In this document: positions 8,378 to 18,974 of the stretch, in pieces | Numbering within the stretch: position 1 is the first letter of the stretch | Layout: each line of letters opens with the position of its first letter | Assembly: GCA_007695305.1 (NCBI GenBank) | Contig: REEA01000108.1 | Location: forward strand, 1,030 to 65,029 | Direction: 5' to 3' | Length of the DNA: 64,000 bases | Source: Bacteroidia bacterium | GTDB taxonomy: Bacteria > Bacteroidota > Bacteroidia > Bacteroidales > UBA7960 | Notes under the pieces: generated by a model | The model's input: only the letters and a program-made list of their open reading frames with translations | Told to the model about the DNA's origin: nothing | Database searches by the model: none | Translations under genes and position numbers: made by a program

Positions 8378-10405
8378 TTACCAGCCGATTACAGCTTCGG
8401 GGAATTTTTCCGGCATCTGGTCGCGTGGTTTGTCGAGGCGAAGGTAGTGATCGAACCATTCCATGGTACGCACGATATAGTCCAGACGATGAACATTGCG
8501 TTGGTTTCCATGTCCTTCGTTCTGATACCAGATCAGCCTTACGGGTGCTTTGCCATGCATTTTCAGTGCACGGTACATTTCCAGTCCCTGGGAGGGGTGC
8601 ACGCGGGGGTCGGCGTCTCCGTGAAGGATCAGGGTGGGTGTCAGGCTTTGGTGTGCATACTTTACAGGACTTCTGCTGTATACATCCTGCCAGTCTTCGT
8701 GTGTCCAGTATCCCCAGTGAACATAGTAATCCTCCCAGGGGATGTCGGTGGTATTTCTTTTGGATATCTGATTGGAAATACCCACAAACATTACGGCTGC
8801 GGCAAAACGGTCGGTATGTCGTGTTGCCGACCATGCAGCGAAATAGCCTCCGTATGATCCGCCACCGATGCCTACCCTGTCAATATCTGCATATCCAATT
8901 TCAATGAGATGATCAACACCATCGATTACATCATCATATTCCACGCCTACGAGGTCTCCATAGCCGGCCATGGTAAAATCGACTCCTCGGCCGGAGCTTG
9001 CGCGGTAGTTGGGCATGAACACAAAATATCCGCGGGCTGCAGCCACCTGCCCCCACGTGCCGTAGGAGGTAACCCAACCGTTCTGGACAGCCGCTTCCGG
9101 TCCGCCATGGATGTAAACAATCATGGGATAGGTCTTTCCTTCTTCATAATCAAGTGGATACAGAAGTACTCCTTCGATGTCGTGATTGTCGCGCGCGTAA
9201 TAGGTGAGCTTGCGTTGCTCTGCCAGCCGGATATCATCCAGCCAGGGGTTGTGATTGGTATGACGAACCAATTCTTCAGATGCCACATCAAATGTAAAAA
9301 GCTCATTGGGATGGGTCCAGGTGTTGCCTGACATGACAATGATGCCATCGTGGTGGGAAAACCTTCGGAAAACAAGGACTTCAGGCTCTATCAATATGCG
9401 TCTTTCGTCTTCGTCCAGCTTTTGACTGCTCAATACAATGTCAACACTTTCTTCTGCGGCATAAAGCAGGGTGTTGTCATCCATCCAGGCAAAATCAATC
9501 ACCGACAATTCCATTCCTTCAACGATATTTTGAAGGTCTTCAAAGGCTTGCAGATCATGGAGGTCCAACACAAACAGGCTTCCCTCCACAGAGTCTTCCA
9601 GTTTGCTTGCTCCGCGGAAGGCCAGTTTGCTGCCATTGGGGCTAAATGCCATATTGGCCAGTTTCCCCGGGTTGTCTACGATTTTTTCCAGGTGGCCGGT
9701 TTCTAAGTTCACCAGGTGAATCCGTTTGAACATGTAGCTGTCATCAACCAGGTTACGGGGTGCAATGGCGGCGGCAGCATAACGGCCGTCGGGGCTCAGC
9801 ACAAAGTCAAAGACCGTGACATCCCGGGTGATCTGGCGCAAGTTGCCGGAGGATGTATTATACACGTAAAGGTTGCGATGAACCCACTCTTCTTCATATA
9901 CCTCTATTTCGATGCCTTTGCTTCTGAATTCGCTACGCAGTGGATTCTGTTGCGACAGTGCGACAAACGCCAGGTTTTCATCATCAATATAAGTATACTG
10001 GAAAACACTGGATGTATGTTCAGTAATGGCTCTTGGTTCGCCGCCGCGAAGGCTCATGGCATATACCTGCATGTGAGGCAGGTCGGGGAGGTTTGCCCTG
10101 AAAGTAACGGCATCACCGGAGGGTGTCCATCCAATGTTGAAAACACGACGGTTGCCGGTCATGAACGGCAGAATCTCGTCGTTTCGAAGATCATAGACAT
10201 AGAGTTCGCGATAATCGGTGCCAGCCGAATGGGTAAATGGCCGGGGCACATTTACTGTGAAAGCGATGTAGTTTTTGTCAGGCGACATGGCTGCCTCCAC
10301 CACTGTTTTGAGGTCAAACATATTGTGTGTGGTGAGGTGCTCATTGGCATGAGCAGGTAGGCTTAACAGCCAGAAAATAGCAAAGAAAAATGTAAGGATA
10401 CGCAT
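8378..10405 (-). CDS. S9-family serine peptidase (prolyl oligopeptidase/acylaminoacyl-peptidase type), secreted
   Basis: 675-aa ORF with signal peptide MRILTFFFAIFWLLSLPAHA. It has an N-terminal beta-propeller region, nucleophile motif GGSYGGY, and HGDADPRV plus GHG in the C-terminal alpha/beta-hydrolase domain. Confidence 0.85.
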   Translation of the reverse strand: MRILTFFFAIFWLLSLPAHANEHLTTHNMFDLKTVVEAAMSPDKNYIAFTVNVPRPFTHSAGTDYRELYVYDLRNDEILPFMTGNRRVFNIGWTPSGDAVTFRANLPDLPHMQVYAMSLRGGEPRAITEHTSSVFQYTYIDDENLAFVALSQQNPLRSEFRSKGIEIEVYEEEWVHRNLYVYNTSSGNLRQITRDVTVFDFVLSPDGRYAAAAIAPRNLVDDSYMFKRIHLVNLETGHLEKIVDNPGKLANMAFSPNGSKLAFRGASKLEDSVEGSLFVLDLHDLQAFEDLQNIVEGMELSVIDFAWMDDNTLLYAAEESVDIVLSSQKLDEDERRILIEPEVLVFRRFSHHDGIIVMSGNTWTHPNELFTFDVASEELVRHTNHNPWLDDIRLAEQRKLTYYARDNHDIEGVLLYPLDYEEGKTYPMIVYIHGGPEAAVQNGWVTSYGTWGQVAAARGYFVFMPNYRASSGRGVDFTMAGYGDLVGVEYDDVIDGVDHLIEIGYADIDRVGIGGGSYGGYFAAWSATRHTDRFAAAVMFVGISNQISKRNTTDIPWEDYYVHWGYWTHEDWQDVYSRSPVKYAHQSLTPTLILHGDADPRVHPSQGLEMYRALKMHGKAPVRLIWYQNEGHGNQRNVHRLDYIVRTMEWFDHYLRLDKPRDQMPEKFPEAVIGW

Positions 10406-10435
10406 GGCTTTGTTTTTTTGGTTGATGAATGATAC

Positions 10436-11443
10436 TTATTGATGCAAAGGAACCGCGGACGGGCACAAAAATAATGATTTTTGGAAAACATCTGTTTTTA
10501 CTTTATCGATACGGTAGCCGGGGAACAATATTTGGAGGTCTTTTTCCGGGGGAGCTGTCCTAAACAGTCCGTAAAGTGCTGAACCGCTTCCGCTCATGGA
10601 TGCGCAGACAGCTCCGGATGCCAATAGCTTTTCCTTTATTTGTCTGATTTCCGGATATAGACGAAAAACGGGTTCTTCAAGATCATTTACAAGGTCTTGC
10701 TGCCATGTTTCAACATTCTGCTTTGAAATTTCCCAAAGATTTTTGCCGGCAGGTTTTGGTTTTACCAAGCTGTATGCAGTTTTTGTGGACACATGGATAG
10801 GTGGTGCAATAACGAGTGCTGTGTATTTTTTCAATTGGGGCAATTGCAGAGGTTGCAGAATTTCACCACGGCCGGTAGCCAGCATGGGTTGATCATAGAG
10901 AAAGAAGGGGCAGTCGCTGCCAAGTTTTTTGCAGAGATTATCGAGATGCTGGACAGACATCCCAAGATCAAACATTTTGTTGAGCAGCATAAGCGTGAAG
11001 CCTGCATTTGAACTGCCACCGCCAAGACCTGACCCCGCAGGGATTATTTTGTGCAGAAAAATGCGGACATTTGGCAGGGATGTTTCCGGATACCCTGTCC
11101 AAGGGTTATTAACGGGAATGTTCTTTGTTTTCACTTCCTGCCGGAGCAGCTCATAAGCCTGGAGACAAAGGTTAATTTTTCCGTTGGCAGGAATTTGGAG
11201 GCCGGATACACGAAGGGTTGTGGGTTGATTTGATGCAGGAACTACCTCCAGTATATCTTTGACACCAAGGGGTATCATGATGCTTTCAATTTCGTGGTAA
11301 CCCGCCTTACGCATGTGTTGTTCATGGCCGGCTTCCGGGGGAGCATCGGTTGTAGTGCAGCCTGTAGCTTCTGATTGATCCCGGTTATATCGACCGGTAA
11401 CATGCAGACCCAGGTTTAATTTGGCGTGAGGAAAAACAACCAT
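10436..11443 (-). CDS. ispE: 4-diphosphocytidyl-2-C-methyl-D-erythritol kinase
   Basis: 335-aa ORF. The N-terminus reads AKLNLGLHVTGR...GYHEIES, and the GHMP-kinase motif is PAGSGLGGGSSNAG. It is longer than the usual ~280-290 aa because of internal insertions. Confidence 0.85.
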   Translation of the reverse strand: MVVFPHAKLNLGLHVTGRYNRDQSEATGCTTTDAPPEAGHEQHMRKAGYHEIESIMIPLGVKDILEVVPASNQPTTLRVSGLQIPANGKINLCLQAYELLRQEVKTKNIPVNNPWTGYPETSLPNVRIFLHKIIPAGSGLGGGSSNAGFTLMLLNKMFDLGMSVQHLDNLCKKLGSDCPFFLYDQPMLATGRGEILQPLQLPQLKKYTALVIAPPIHVSTKTAYSLVKPKPAGKNLWEISKQNVETWQQDLVNDLEEPVFRLYPEIRQIKEKLLASGAVCASMSGSGSALYGLFRTAPPEKDLQILFPGYRIDKVKTDVFQKSLFLCPSAVPLHQ

Positions 11444-11498
11444 TTCAAAAAAATAACCTGCAATAATTATTCACTGACTGATGAAAAGTTCCGGGATG

Positions 11499-14099
11499 CT
11501 ACCATTCTTCCCACTCGATAATAAATTCTCCTTCTTCCTGTTTCCGCAGACGTTCTCTTTGTTTGGCTCTTTCTCCGGGTGCGTCCTGGTTAGTTGTGTC
11601 GCTTTTTTCGCGTGAAAGAAAACGGAATTCACTGCGGATGATATTTCTAAAGGTTTCTCTTTCTTGCCGGAGGTCATCCATGATTTTTTCCCGAACTCCT
11701 TGATGGTCGTACCGGAATACTGGGTCGCTTGCTGTGCCTGTAAGCCTTAAAAACAATGTTGTACGCCCAAGTCCATCGTCAATGATGTCACCGTATTGTT
11801 CCTGGGGGTTTCTCCTTTCGCGATGCTGGCGTGCCAGCAGATCGGAAAGCAAAACCTGCATCCGGTAATCGATCTCGTTGTCGAATGTGTGTTCTCCCGA
11901 CAACTGAAGGTTGAGTGCACTGGAGTTGATTTCCATTTGTGGGATGGTGATTCTCCGGTCGCTGATATGTATTTCATTCTGTAGTGTGGAAAAGGAAACA
12001 TTTGTGAAGTCGTCGGTCCGGATAAAACGGCTCAGTGCGATCATTGGTTGATAGTTGACCAGGCGTCCGTTATCAATTGTCAAATTAGCGATGGTTTCCA
12101 TGCTTTGCCAGTCGATGGTCAGAGAGGTATCCCAGTTTGCGCTGAAAAAAAGCTCGGCGCTTACACTTCCGTAGATGTTTTCTTTTGTTATGCTTTCTTG
12201 TCCAAAATTGCCTGTCTGATAAAACAGTTGATGGATATCCACCTGGTTAAGGTTGGCATTGGAGTACATGTGAATGAGGTTATCCTTCCGGTTATCCAGA
12301 ACGCCCTGCATGATTACCCTGCCATCCATTGTATGAAAGGCCAGGCGGTCGGCGAATAATTGCCGGTTGTTCAGTCGCAGCGAACCTGTCATTTGTGTGG
12401 CCCTGAAAAGACGAAACTGAAAATGGTTAATGCTTGCATCGAGCTCAAGATTCACGCGTTCCGGAAGTCTGAACCCATTGCCTGTTTCCGGTTCACCACT
12501 TCGTAGCAAGTGATCCAGGTTAATGAAGCCTGACTGCAGGGATGCCAGGATTACAAGGGATTCACCGGGGATAAAGACATAGGGCAAAAAGTTTACCATT
12601 CGTCCGTTAAACAGGAAGTCGCTGTCTGCAACAGCTCCGGAAAGCTGTTCTATCTCCAGGTAGTTGTTGTTGAAGATCGTTCTGCCGTTAAACGCATGAT
12701 AAGGTAATTCCGGACGTTTTTTGAGCGTGAATTCAAAGTCACGAAAATCCATATAGCCCGATATGGAGGCATCAAGCAGGTTTTGGCGGGCAAACTGCAT
12801 GTTTTCATCCACTCTGCCGGCGAAATTAATGTGCATATTGACGGAACCGCCGGCGGAGCTTAGCGGCTCAATGAGCTGCCATTTAACAAGGTCGTTTCCG
12901 GCTACCATGCCGTTTAGGTCGAAAGATACATACGGTTGTTCCAGGTTTTTTAAAGCAACAGTTCCTGAAATCGTTGAGTTATCAACGGTTCCCGATAAGC
13001 GATCAATATAGAGCCGGCTGTCGGTGGCGTGTTGGTGTCTGCCGTTCGTAAACCGGCCGGCCATTTCACGGACTTTGATTTCAAAGTTCTTATCGGGGTA
13101 AACGAAGCTTCCGCGGGTTAGCAAATAAGAGGATTGAATTTGTGGGATGTGGCCATTTCCCAGGAAGCCTTCAAATGTGGCATCAACATTCAGGATGCCT
13201 TTTGGTTCATACTTTTGCAGGATGGAGTGCCAGTTTGCAGGCAGGTCGTGTAAGAGGTCATGAACGTTGATGTCTTTTCCTGAGAGCGAAGACTTGACTC
13301 TTAGTGCTTCTTCACCCCGGGAAAACTGCCCGTCAATAATGAAATTATGCTGATTCCATGTGAGGTGGGTTTTGTTGATATGAATATTTCCGTTTGCAAA
13401 TAAGTCGATCCGGGCATCCATATTCAACGGCTTGTTGCCGGGAATGATGACTTGGCTGATTGTGCACTCGTTCATGGTCATATGACCGCCGGCCCGGATG
13501 CTGACGTTTCCGTTTTCGGCGGTTATTCGCAATCGCAAGCGCTCAACATGTGTATGGATCAAATGGTTGTCGGGATGGTGTGAGAATCTAAGGGAAAGAT
13601 TCTGAATATTCAGGCGCTGTATGTCAAAATGGATTTCTCTCGGGTCGCTGGTGGGGGAGTGCTCCCACAACTCCCAGTTGGTTGAGTGGTCGGCAAAAAC
13701 TGCCGGATGAAAGTAACCGTGGGCAATGTTTATCTGTCTGACCGTGAAATCGCGTTTCAGGATATCGGGGATGTTAAACTCCAATTGTATGCTTGCTGCA
13801 TGGAGCAGGGTGTCGTTGCCGTGGATGTCACTGTCGATCACCAATCCGGTGTTTTGGAAGGCTACAGATGCTTTTGGAAAACTTCTGAATAGTTTTATCT
13901 GGATGTCCTCGGCATATATCTCTGCATTCAGTCGCCGGTTTAGTTCAAGGAGGAAGGTCTGTTTGATCTGGTCACGGTATATGTAGCCAAGCAGCCCGAT
14001 AACAATCATCAGCAGGAAAATAAAAACAGCACCGCTTAGCAGGGCGAGACGGATGAACTGACTCAGCAGGCCCGGTTGTGTCTTTTTACTTTTACCCAT
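11499..14099 (-). CDS. AsmA-family (AsmA/TamB-like) envelope protein
   Basis: 866-aa ORF with a single N-terminal TM helix (LALLSGAVFIFLLMIVIGLLGYI). A long beta-rich region follows, then a charged C-terminal tail. The assignment rests on architecture and composition only. Confidence 0.5.
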   Translation of the reverse strand: MGKSKKTQPGLLSQFIRLALLSGAVFIFLLMIVIGLLGYIYRDQIKQTFLLELNRRLNAEIYAEDIQIKLFRSFPKASVAFQNTGLVIDSDIHGNDTLLHAASIQLEFNIPDILKRDFTVRQINIAHGYFHPAVFADHSTNWELWEHSPTSDPREIHFDIQRLNIQNLSLRFSHHPDNHLIHTHVERLRLRITAENGNVSIRAGGHMTMNECTISQVIIPGNKPLNMDARIDLFANGNIHINKTHLTWNQHNFIIDGQFSRGEEALRVKSSLSGKDINVHDLLHDLPANWHSILQKYEPKGILNVDATFEGFLGNGHIPQIQSSYLLTRGSFVYPDKNFEIKVREMAGRFTNGRHQHATDSRLYIDRLSGTVDNSTISGTVALKNLEQPYVSFDLNGMVAGNDLVKWQLIEPLSSAGGSVNMHINFAGRVDENMQFARQNLLDASISGYMDFRDFEFTLKKRPELPYHAFNGRTIFNNNYLEIEQLSGAVADSDFLFNGRMVNFLPYVFIPGESLVILASLQSGFINLDHLLRSGEPETGNGFRLPERVNLELDASINHFQFRLFRATQMTGSLRLNNRQLFADRLAFHTMDGRVIMQGVLDNRKDNLIHMYSNANLNQVDIHQLFYQTGNFGQESITKENIYGSVSAELFFSANWDTSLTIDWQSMETIANLTIDNGRLVNYQPMIALSRFIRTDDFTNVSFSTLQNEIHISDRRITIPQMEINSSALNLQLSGEHTFDNEIDYRMQVLLSDLLARQHRERRNPQEQYGDIIDDGLGRTTLFLRLTGTASDPVFRYDHQGVREKIMDDLRQERETFRNIIRSEFRFLSREKSDTTNQDAPGERAKQRERLRKQEEGEFIIEWEEW

Positions 14100-14105
14100 A
14101 AAGTA

Positions 14106-14906
14106 CTAACGCATTATTTTCAGAAAGCCTACTTCTTTTTCTGATAGTTGCCTCCACTTCCCCCTGGGAAGATCTTTCTTGGTCAATCCGGCAAACATCA
14201 CGCGATCGAGCTTCAAGACCCTGTATCCCAATTGTTCAAAAATTCTTCTTACCACCCTGTTTTGTCCGGAATGCAATTCAATGCCTATTTCTTTTCTGTT
14301 TTGAGGGTTTGCATAAGCGATGCTGTCCGGCAAAACAACTTCCTTTTCTATTTTGATACCTTCAGCGATTCTGAGCATATCTGTCTTGGTCAGGTTCTTG
14401 TCAAGCTCAACATGGTATAGCTTCTTAATATTGTTGGCAGGGTGTGTGAGTCTTTTTGTCAGCTCCCCATCGTTGGTCAATAACAGCAGGCCTGTAGTAT
14501 TCCTGTCAAGGCGGCCAACAGGGTAGAGACGTTCCGGAAAGGTTTTCCCAATGATATGCATCACTGTTTTGCGTTGCTGGGGGTCATCTACGGTTGTAAT
14601 GTAATCTTTCGGTTTGTTGAGCAACACATATATTTTTTTTTCATGGTGGAGCTTTTGTTTGCCATACATTATCTTGTCGCCGGGCATCACTTTTGTTCCC
14701 ACTTCGGTAACAATTTGGCCGTTAACAGTAATGGCACCGTTCTGTATAAGCACATCCGCTTCCCTTCTGGAGCAGACACCTGCATTGGCAATGAACTTAT
14801 TGAGGCGTATGCGCGGATCGGACGATTGATGATGTGCCGGTTGTTTTAGGGGTCGTTTGGGTTTTTGATGTTTGTCTCTTCCCGGGTTTGTTCTCGTGGT
14901 TTTCAT
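14106..14906 (-). CDS. rluB: RsuA/RluB-family 23S rRNA pseudouridine synthase
   Basis: 266-aa ORF. The S4 domain reads RLNKFIANAGVCSRREADVLI. The catalytic motif is GRLDRNTTGLLLLTNDG. The N-terminus has a basic extension. Confidence 0.85.
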   Translation of the reverse strand: MKTTRTNPGRDKHQKPKRPLKQPAHHQSSDPRIRLNKFIANAGVCSRREADVLIQNGAITVNGQIVTEVGTKVMPGDKIMYGKQKLHHEKKIYVLLNKPKDYITTVDDPQQRKTVMHIIGKTFPERLYPVGRLDRNTTGLLLLTNDGELTKRLTHPANNIKKLYHVELDKNLTKTDMLRIAEGIKIEKEVVLPDSIAYANPQNRKEIGIELHSGQNRVVRRIFEQLGYRVLKLDRVMFAGLTKKDLPRGKWRQLSEKEVGFLKIMR

Positions 14907-14995
14907 GGTTTCGTGGATTGGTTGTCATATACGACCGGTCATGGTATAATGTTTGCGGATCATCCCATCTTGGCAATAACAGGCGGGGGCATAGC

Positions 14996-15016
14996 AAAAA
15001 AGGCGCGTCTGCGCCC
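14996..15016 (-). terminator. intrinsic terminator downstream of the 95-aa ORF
   Basis: The minus strand reads GGCGC-AGAC-GCGCC followed by T6. It lies 26 nt after the stop at 15042. Confidence 0.6.
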
Positions 15017-15041
15017 TTGGATAACGGATAACATGGTATAT

Positions 15042-15329
15042 TTATTCCATGTCTACATCCAATTTGTTAAATACTTCGTTCACCTTTTCCAGCAATTCGC
15101 TGTAGAGTGATTTATAGTATTTTTTGAGTGCCTTCCCATCGCCGTTTTCAATCGCCGGATTGTTTACTTTATTCAGCATCTCTTCCCTGTATTCCAGCAT
15201 TTCTTTAATCAGGTTGTCCATTTCTTCCTGTACTTTTTCATCCTGCAGGGTTTGCCGTATCATACAAGTCCCAATTACTTCATCAATCAAAAAATTGATG
15301 TCTTTCTTCAAATTCTTCTTACTGGCCAT
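15042..15329 (-). CDS. hypothetical small acidic helical protein
   Basis: 95-aa ORF with its own terminator. I recognise no family. Confidence 0.55.
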   Translation of the reverse strand: MASKKNLKKDINFLIDEVIGTCMIRQTLQDEKVQEEMDNLIKEMLEYREEMLNKVNNPAIENGDGKALKKYYKSLYSELLEKVNEVFNKLDVDME

Positions 15330-15514
15330 TTTTTTTGTTTTTTTCTAAAATGAATGATTGGAAAATTACAATTACAATTGGAAACACTTTTAGTGATCAG
15401 GGTCAGGGAAATTTTTGTGACAGCCTGTCTGTTATTGTTTCCTGATCTGCATTAACGTCCCGGCTTTATTTTGCATACTTTGTTTATTAACAAATTTATA
15501 AGGGTTCACCGGTG

Positions 15515-15985
15515 TTAGGTGAAGTCGATAATTTCTACGTGAAAGATCAGCACGGAATTTCTCGGCACTGTTCCTGTTCCTGTTGTACCGTATCCCAGCG
15601 CCGAGGGTATCAGGATGATTCCATTACCGCCTCTCTTGAACTCTACCACTCCTTTTCGAAAGCCTCTGACAGTATTCGGCAGGAAAATATTCACATTGGT
15701 GGCAGAATCAAACATTTCTCCGTTGAGCAGGTATCCCTGGTAACTCATTCTGACGGTGCTGTTTTCATTTGGATTGGATCCGGTGCCTTCTTCCTCGATG
15801 ACGATAAAGACACCTGACTCCAGCTCATAATAGTCCAGATCATTCTCTTCAAGGTATTCCAGGATTTTTTCCCTGTCTCTGATTGCTCTTTCATCGGGAT
15901 CGTCCGAGCTACAGGCATTTATTAGCAATAGCAAGGGCAGCATACCCAGCATGGCAATCCGTTTGAGATGATATTTCATGGTCAC
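15515..15985 (-). CDS. FKBP-type peptidyl-prolyl cis-trans isomerase lipoprotein
   Basis: 156-aa ORF with lipobox LLLINAC. The FKBP C-terminus reads YQGYLLNGEMFDS...PSALGYG...SVLIFHVEIIDF. Confidence 0.85.
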   Translation of the reverse strand: MTMKYHLKRIAMLGMLPLLLLINACSSDDPDERAIRDREKILEYLEENDLDYYELESGVFIVIEEEGTGSNPNENSTVRMSYQGYLLNGEMFDSATNVNIFLPNTVRGFRKGVVEFKRGGNGIILIPSALGYGTTGTGTVPRNSVLIFHVEIIDFT

Positions 15986-16107
15986 TTGTTATTTTGATGT
16001 TTCCGAAAGTGCAAAGGTAATAAAAAAATCCTTTCGCTTTAAGCGGTCATATCGGTTTATATCAAAAAAACAGCTTCATAATAAATAAATATGGATTTTT
16101 GGCGAAA

Positions 16108-17634
16108 TTAATCCACATTATCGTGCAGAAATGAATTATTGGACTTAATTTGCGTTTTCCGGTCTTCTGTTTCTTTGAGGGTATATCTGGAAATCTGGGA
16201 TTCATTGCTTGCCGGCACAGGGTTGAGATTCACTTTTCTTCTTACAAAGGCCGGCTGATTTTCCAGATCTGCTAATCCTTCCGGTGTTTTCAGCTGAATG
16301 CTCAGGTGTTTAAGCCGTTCTTCCCGTTCACTGATTTTGGCCTTCATTTCTTCTTCAGACAGGATGTGGCCTTTTTGGGTTTCCGGCAGTTCAGCGAAGG
16401 CCTTTTGTTCTGCGAGACTCTTTCTGAATTGTTCCAGCTTCTCCTGTTGCGCGGTTTTAATCAGCGGTTTCCCGCTTTTCTCTGATGTGTTCATATCCGC
16501 TGCAGGCTTTACCTTTAGTTTCATTTCCTGTAACGGATCTTCTTCTTTGTTGAAAGGGCCTTCCCACTCGATCGTTTTTTGTTTGCTTGCCGGCGAATTT
16601 TCTTTATCAAGCGGCATCACCGTTTTTTCTTTCGGCAAGGATCTTATGTCGTCAACCAGTTCCTTTCCGGTGAAGCCTGTTGCAACAAGGGTCACACTGA
16701 TATTAGAGCCCAGGTTTTCATCTTTCCCCAGCCCCCAGATTATTTCTGCGGTTGATCCTGCCTCATCCTGAATGTAATCGGTAATTTCAATGATCTCATC
16801 CATCAGCACATCTTCTTTTCCGCTGGTTATGTTCAGCAGGATATTTTTGGCACCCTTGATTTGATTATCGTTGAGCAAGGGTGAAGAAAGGGCGGATTCC
16901 ACGGCAGTGATTGCCCTGTTTTCCCCTTCAGCAACCCCGTTTCCCATGATGGCCACACCGCTTTCAAACATCACCGTATGCACATCGGCGAAATCCACGT
17001 TGATATTGCCGGGCAGGGTGATGATTTCGGCAATACCTTTTGCGCCGGTGGTCAAAACGTTGTCAGCTTTGGAGAATGCTTCCGTTACGGACAAATTGCC
17101 GTATAGTTCGCGCAATCGGTCGTTGCATATGATAAGCAGAGTATCAACGTTTTCTGACAGCTGTCTGATGCCTTCCTCTGCCTGCTGTCTTCGCTTCCTG
17201 CCTTCGAAAGCAAATGGCAGGGTTACAATGGCCACAGTGAGTACACCCAATTCTTTTGATGCCTTGGCAATAACGGGTGCTGCCCCTGTACCCGTTCCTC
17301 CACCCATACCGGCCGTGATGAACAACATTTTGGTATTGCTTTCCAGGATATTATTCACCCGGTCAATGTCTTCAAGGGCTGCATTTCGCCCAACTTCAGG
17401 TTTGCTGCCTGCCCCTCTCCCCTCTGTGAGATGAACACCCAGCTGTAGCTTGTTAGGTACGGGGCTCAAATCCAAGGCTTGGGCGTCGGTGTTGCACACA
17501 TAAAAATCAACACCTTCAATGCCTTGCCTGAACATGTGATTTACTGCATTGCTGCCACCACCGCCCACACCAATTACTTTAATGATGGAACTCTGGTTTT
17601 TTGGCAGGTCAAAATTGATGATATCTGCATCCAT
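16108..17634 (-). CDS. ftsZ: cell division protein FtsZ
   Basis: 508 aa. Motifs are GVGGGGSNAVN and the tubulin signature GMGGGTGTGAAPV. It has the long disordered linker typical of Bacteroidota. Confidence 0.97.
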   Translation of the reverse strand: MDADIINFDLPKNQSSIIKVIGVGGGGSNAVNHMFRQGIEGVDFYVCNTDAQALDLSPVPNKLQLGVHLTEGRGAGSKPEVGRNAALEDIDRVNNILESNTKMLFITAGMGGGTGTGAAPVIAKASKELGVLTVAIVTLPFAFEGRKRRQQAEEGIRQLSENVDTLLIICNDRLRELYGNLSVTEAFSKADNVLTTGAKGIAEIITLPGNINVDFADVHTVMFESGVAIMGNGVAEGENRAITAVESALSSPLLNDNQIKGAKNILLNITSGKEDVLMDEIIEITDYIQDEAGSTAEIIWGLGKDENLGSNISVTLVATGFTGKELVDDIRSLPKEKTVMPLDKENSPASKQKTIEWEGPFNKEEDPLQEMKLKVKPAADMNTSEKSGKPLIKTAQQEKLEQFRKSLAEQKAFAELPETQKGHILSEEEMKAKISEREERLKHLSIQLKTPEGLADLENQPAFVRRKVNLNPVPASNESQISRYTLKETEDRKTQIKSNNSFLHDNVD

Positions 17635-17698
17635 AATGAAAAGATTTTAATTAAATATTTTGGTTTTTTGATCGATTCGTAATCAAATTATGTGCTGC

Positions 17699-18967
17699 TT
17701 ATTCCACATTGTCTTTTTCGAAAAAATCCTTTCCTGTAGTGAGAAGTTTCTCGAAAAGGCTTTTTGTTTTCCGTTTTGCTGATGCGGTAGTCTTGTTCTT
17801 TTTGGGTTTACCATGCATATCCTGAAAGCCTTTGATCACCAACCCCACCCCGGTAGCATGCAATGGACTGCCAATCTCACCGGAAGGTGATCTGGCAAGA
17901 TGTTCGTTGGGATAACCAATCCGCGTATCCATTCCGGTAATAAATTCAGTGAGCTGTGCCACATGTTTCAATTGACTGCCCCCACCGGTGAGGACAATAC
18001 CCGCGATCAGTTTTTTCTCGAAGCCTGATGTCTTAATCTCGTAATAAACGTGTTCTATGATCTCCTCCATCCGTGCCTGGATGATATGAGCCAGATTTTT
18101 TAATGATATTTCCTTTGGATATCTGCCTTTCAATCCGGGTATCGAAACGATTTCTTCATCTTTGTTTTCGCTGGCCAGGGCCGAACCGAAGCTTATTTTC
18201 AATGCTTCTGCCTGATTGCGGATAATGGAACAACCCTCTTTAATATCTTCAGTAATCACATTTCCGCCCAGGGGGATGACCGCTGTATGCCTGATGATCT
18301 CATCCTGGAAGATGGCCAGGTCGGTGGTGCCGCCGCCAATATCCACCAGGACAACCCCGGCCTCTTTTTCCTGGCTGCTCAAAACAGCCTCTGACGAAGC
18401 AAGCGGCTCCAGAATCATGCTGGAAATGGTCAGTCCTGCCTTTGTGACACACTTTTCAATGTTTTTTGCTGCGGCAATCTTACCCGTTATGATGTGAAAG
18501 TTGGCCTCCAGGCAATTCCCCGACATGCCTACAGGCTGCCGTATCCCCTGCTGGCCGTCGATGATATACTCCTGTGGTATCACATGTATGATATCCTCTC
18601 CGGGGGGAAGGGCCAGCTTGTACATGTTTTCAATGAGGTTGTCGATGTCTTCCTGTGCAATCTCTTCTTCGATATCATTACGCATAATATTACCCCTGTG
18701 CTGCACACTGCGGATGTGCTGACCTGCAATACCTACATTGGCAATTTTGATCTCAACCCCTGAACTGTTGCTGGCTTCCTTAACAGCCTTCTCGATTGAG
18801 TTGATCGTGTACTGAATGTTTTCGACCACCCCGCGGTTTACACCCAATGAGTCGGCCCTGCCCATGCCCAGTATCTCCACTTTGCCGTATTCATTCTGTT
18901 TGCCGACAATACAAGCAATCTTGGTTGATCCAATATCTAATCCAACGATGATTTCAGATGACTTCAT
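17699..18967 (-). CDS. ftsA: cell division protein FtsA
   Basis: 422 aa with an actin-like ATPase fold (GLDIGSTKIA, VDIGGGTTDLA). Confidence 0.95.
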   Translation of the reverse strand: MKSSEIIVGLDIGSTKIACIVGKQNEYGKVEILGMGRADSLGVNRGVVENIQYTINSIEKAVKEASNSSGVEIKIANVGIAGQHIRSVQHRGNIMRNDIEEEIAQEDIDNLIENMYKLALPPGEDIIHVIPQEYIIDGQQGIRQPVGMSGNCLEANFHIITGKIAAAKNIEKCVTKAGLTISSMILEPLASSEAVLSSQEKEAGVVLVDIGGGTTDLAIFQDEIIRHTAVIPLGGNVITEDIKEGCSIIRNQAEALKISFGSALASENKDEEIVSIPGLKGRYPKEISLKNLAHIIQARMEEIIEHVYYEIKTSGFEKKLIAGIVLTGGGSQLKHVAQLTEFITGMDTRIGYPNEHLARSPSGEIGSPLHATGVGLVIKGFQDMHGKPKKNKTTASAKRKTKSLFEKLLTTGKDFFEKDNVE

Positions 18968-18974
18968 AATGTAT

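Noticed and set aside
8259-8834. A 191-aa ORF bridging the abgT/S9-peptidase junction.
   Set aside because: It is out of frame, overlaps both flanking genes on the same strand, and is rich in Arg/Pro/Cys with no motif. It is a shadow ORF.
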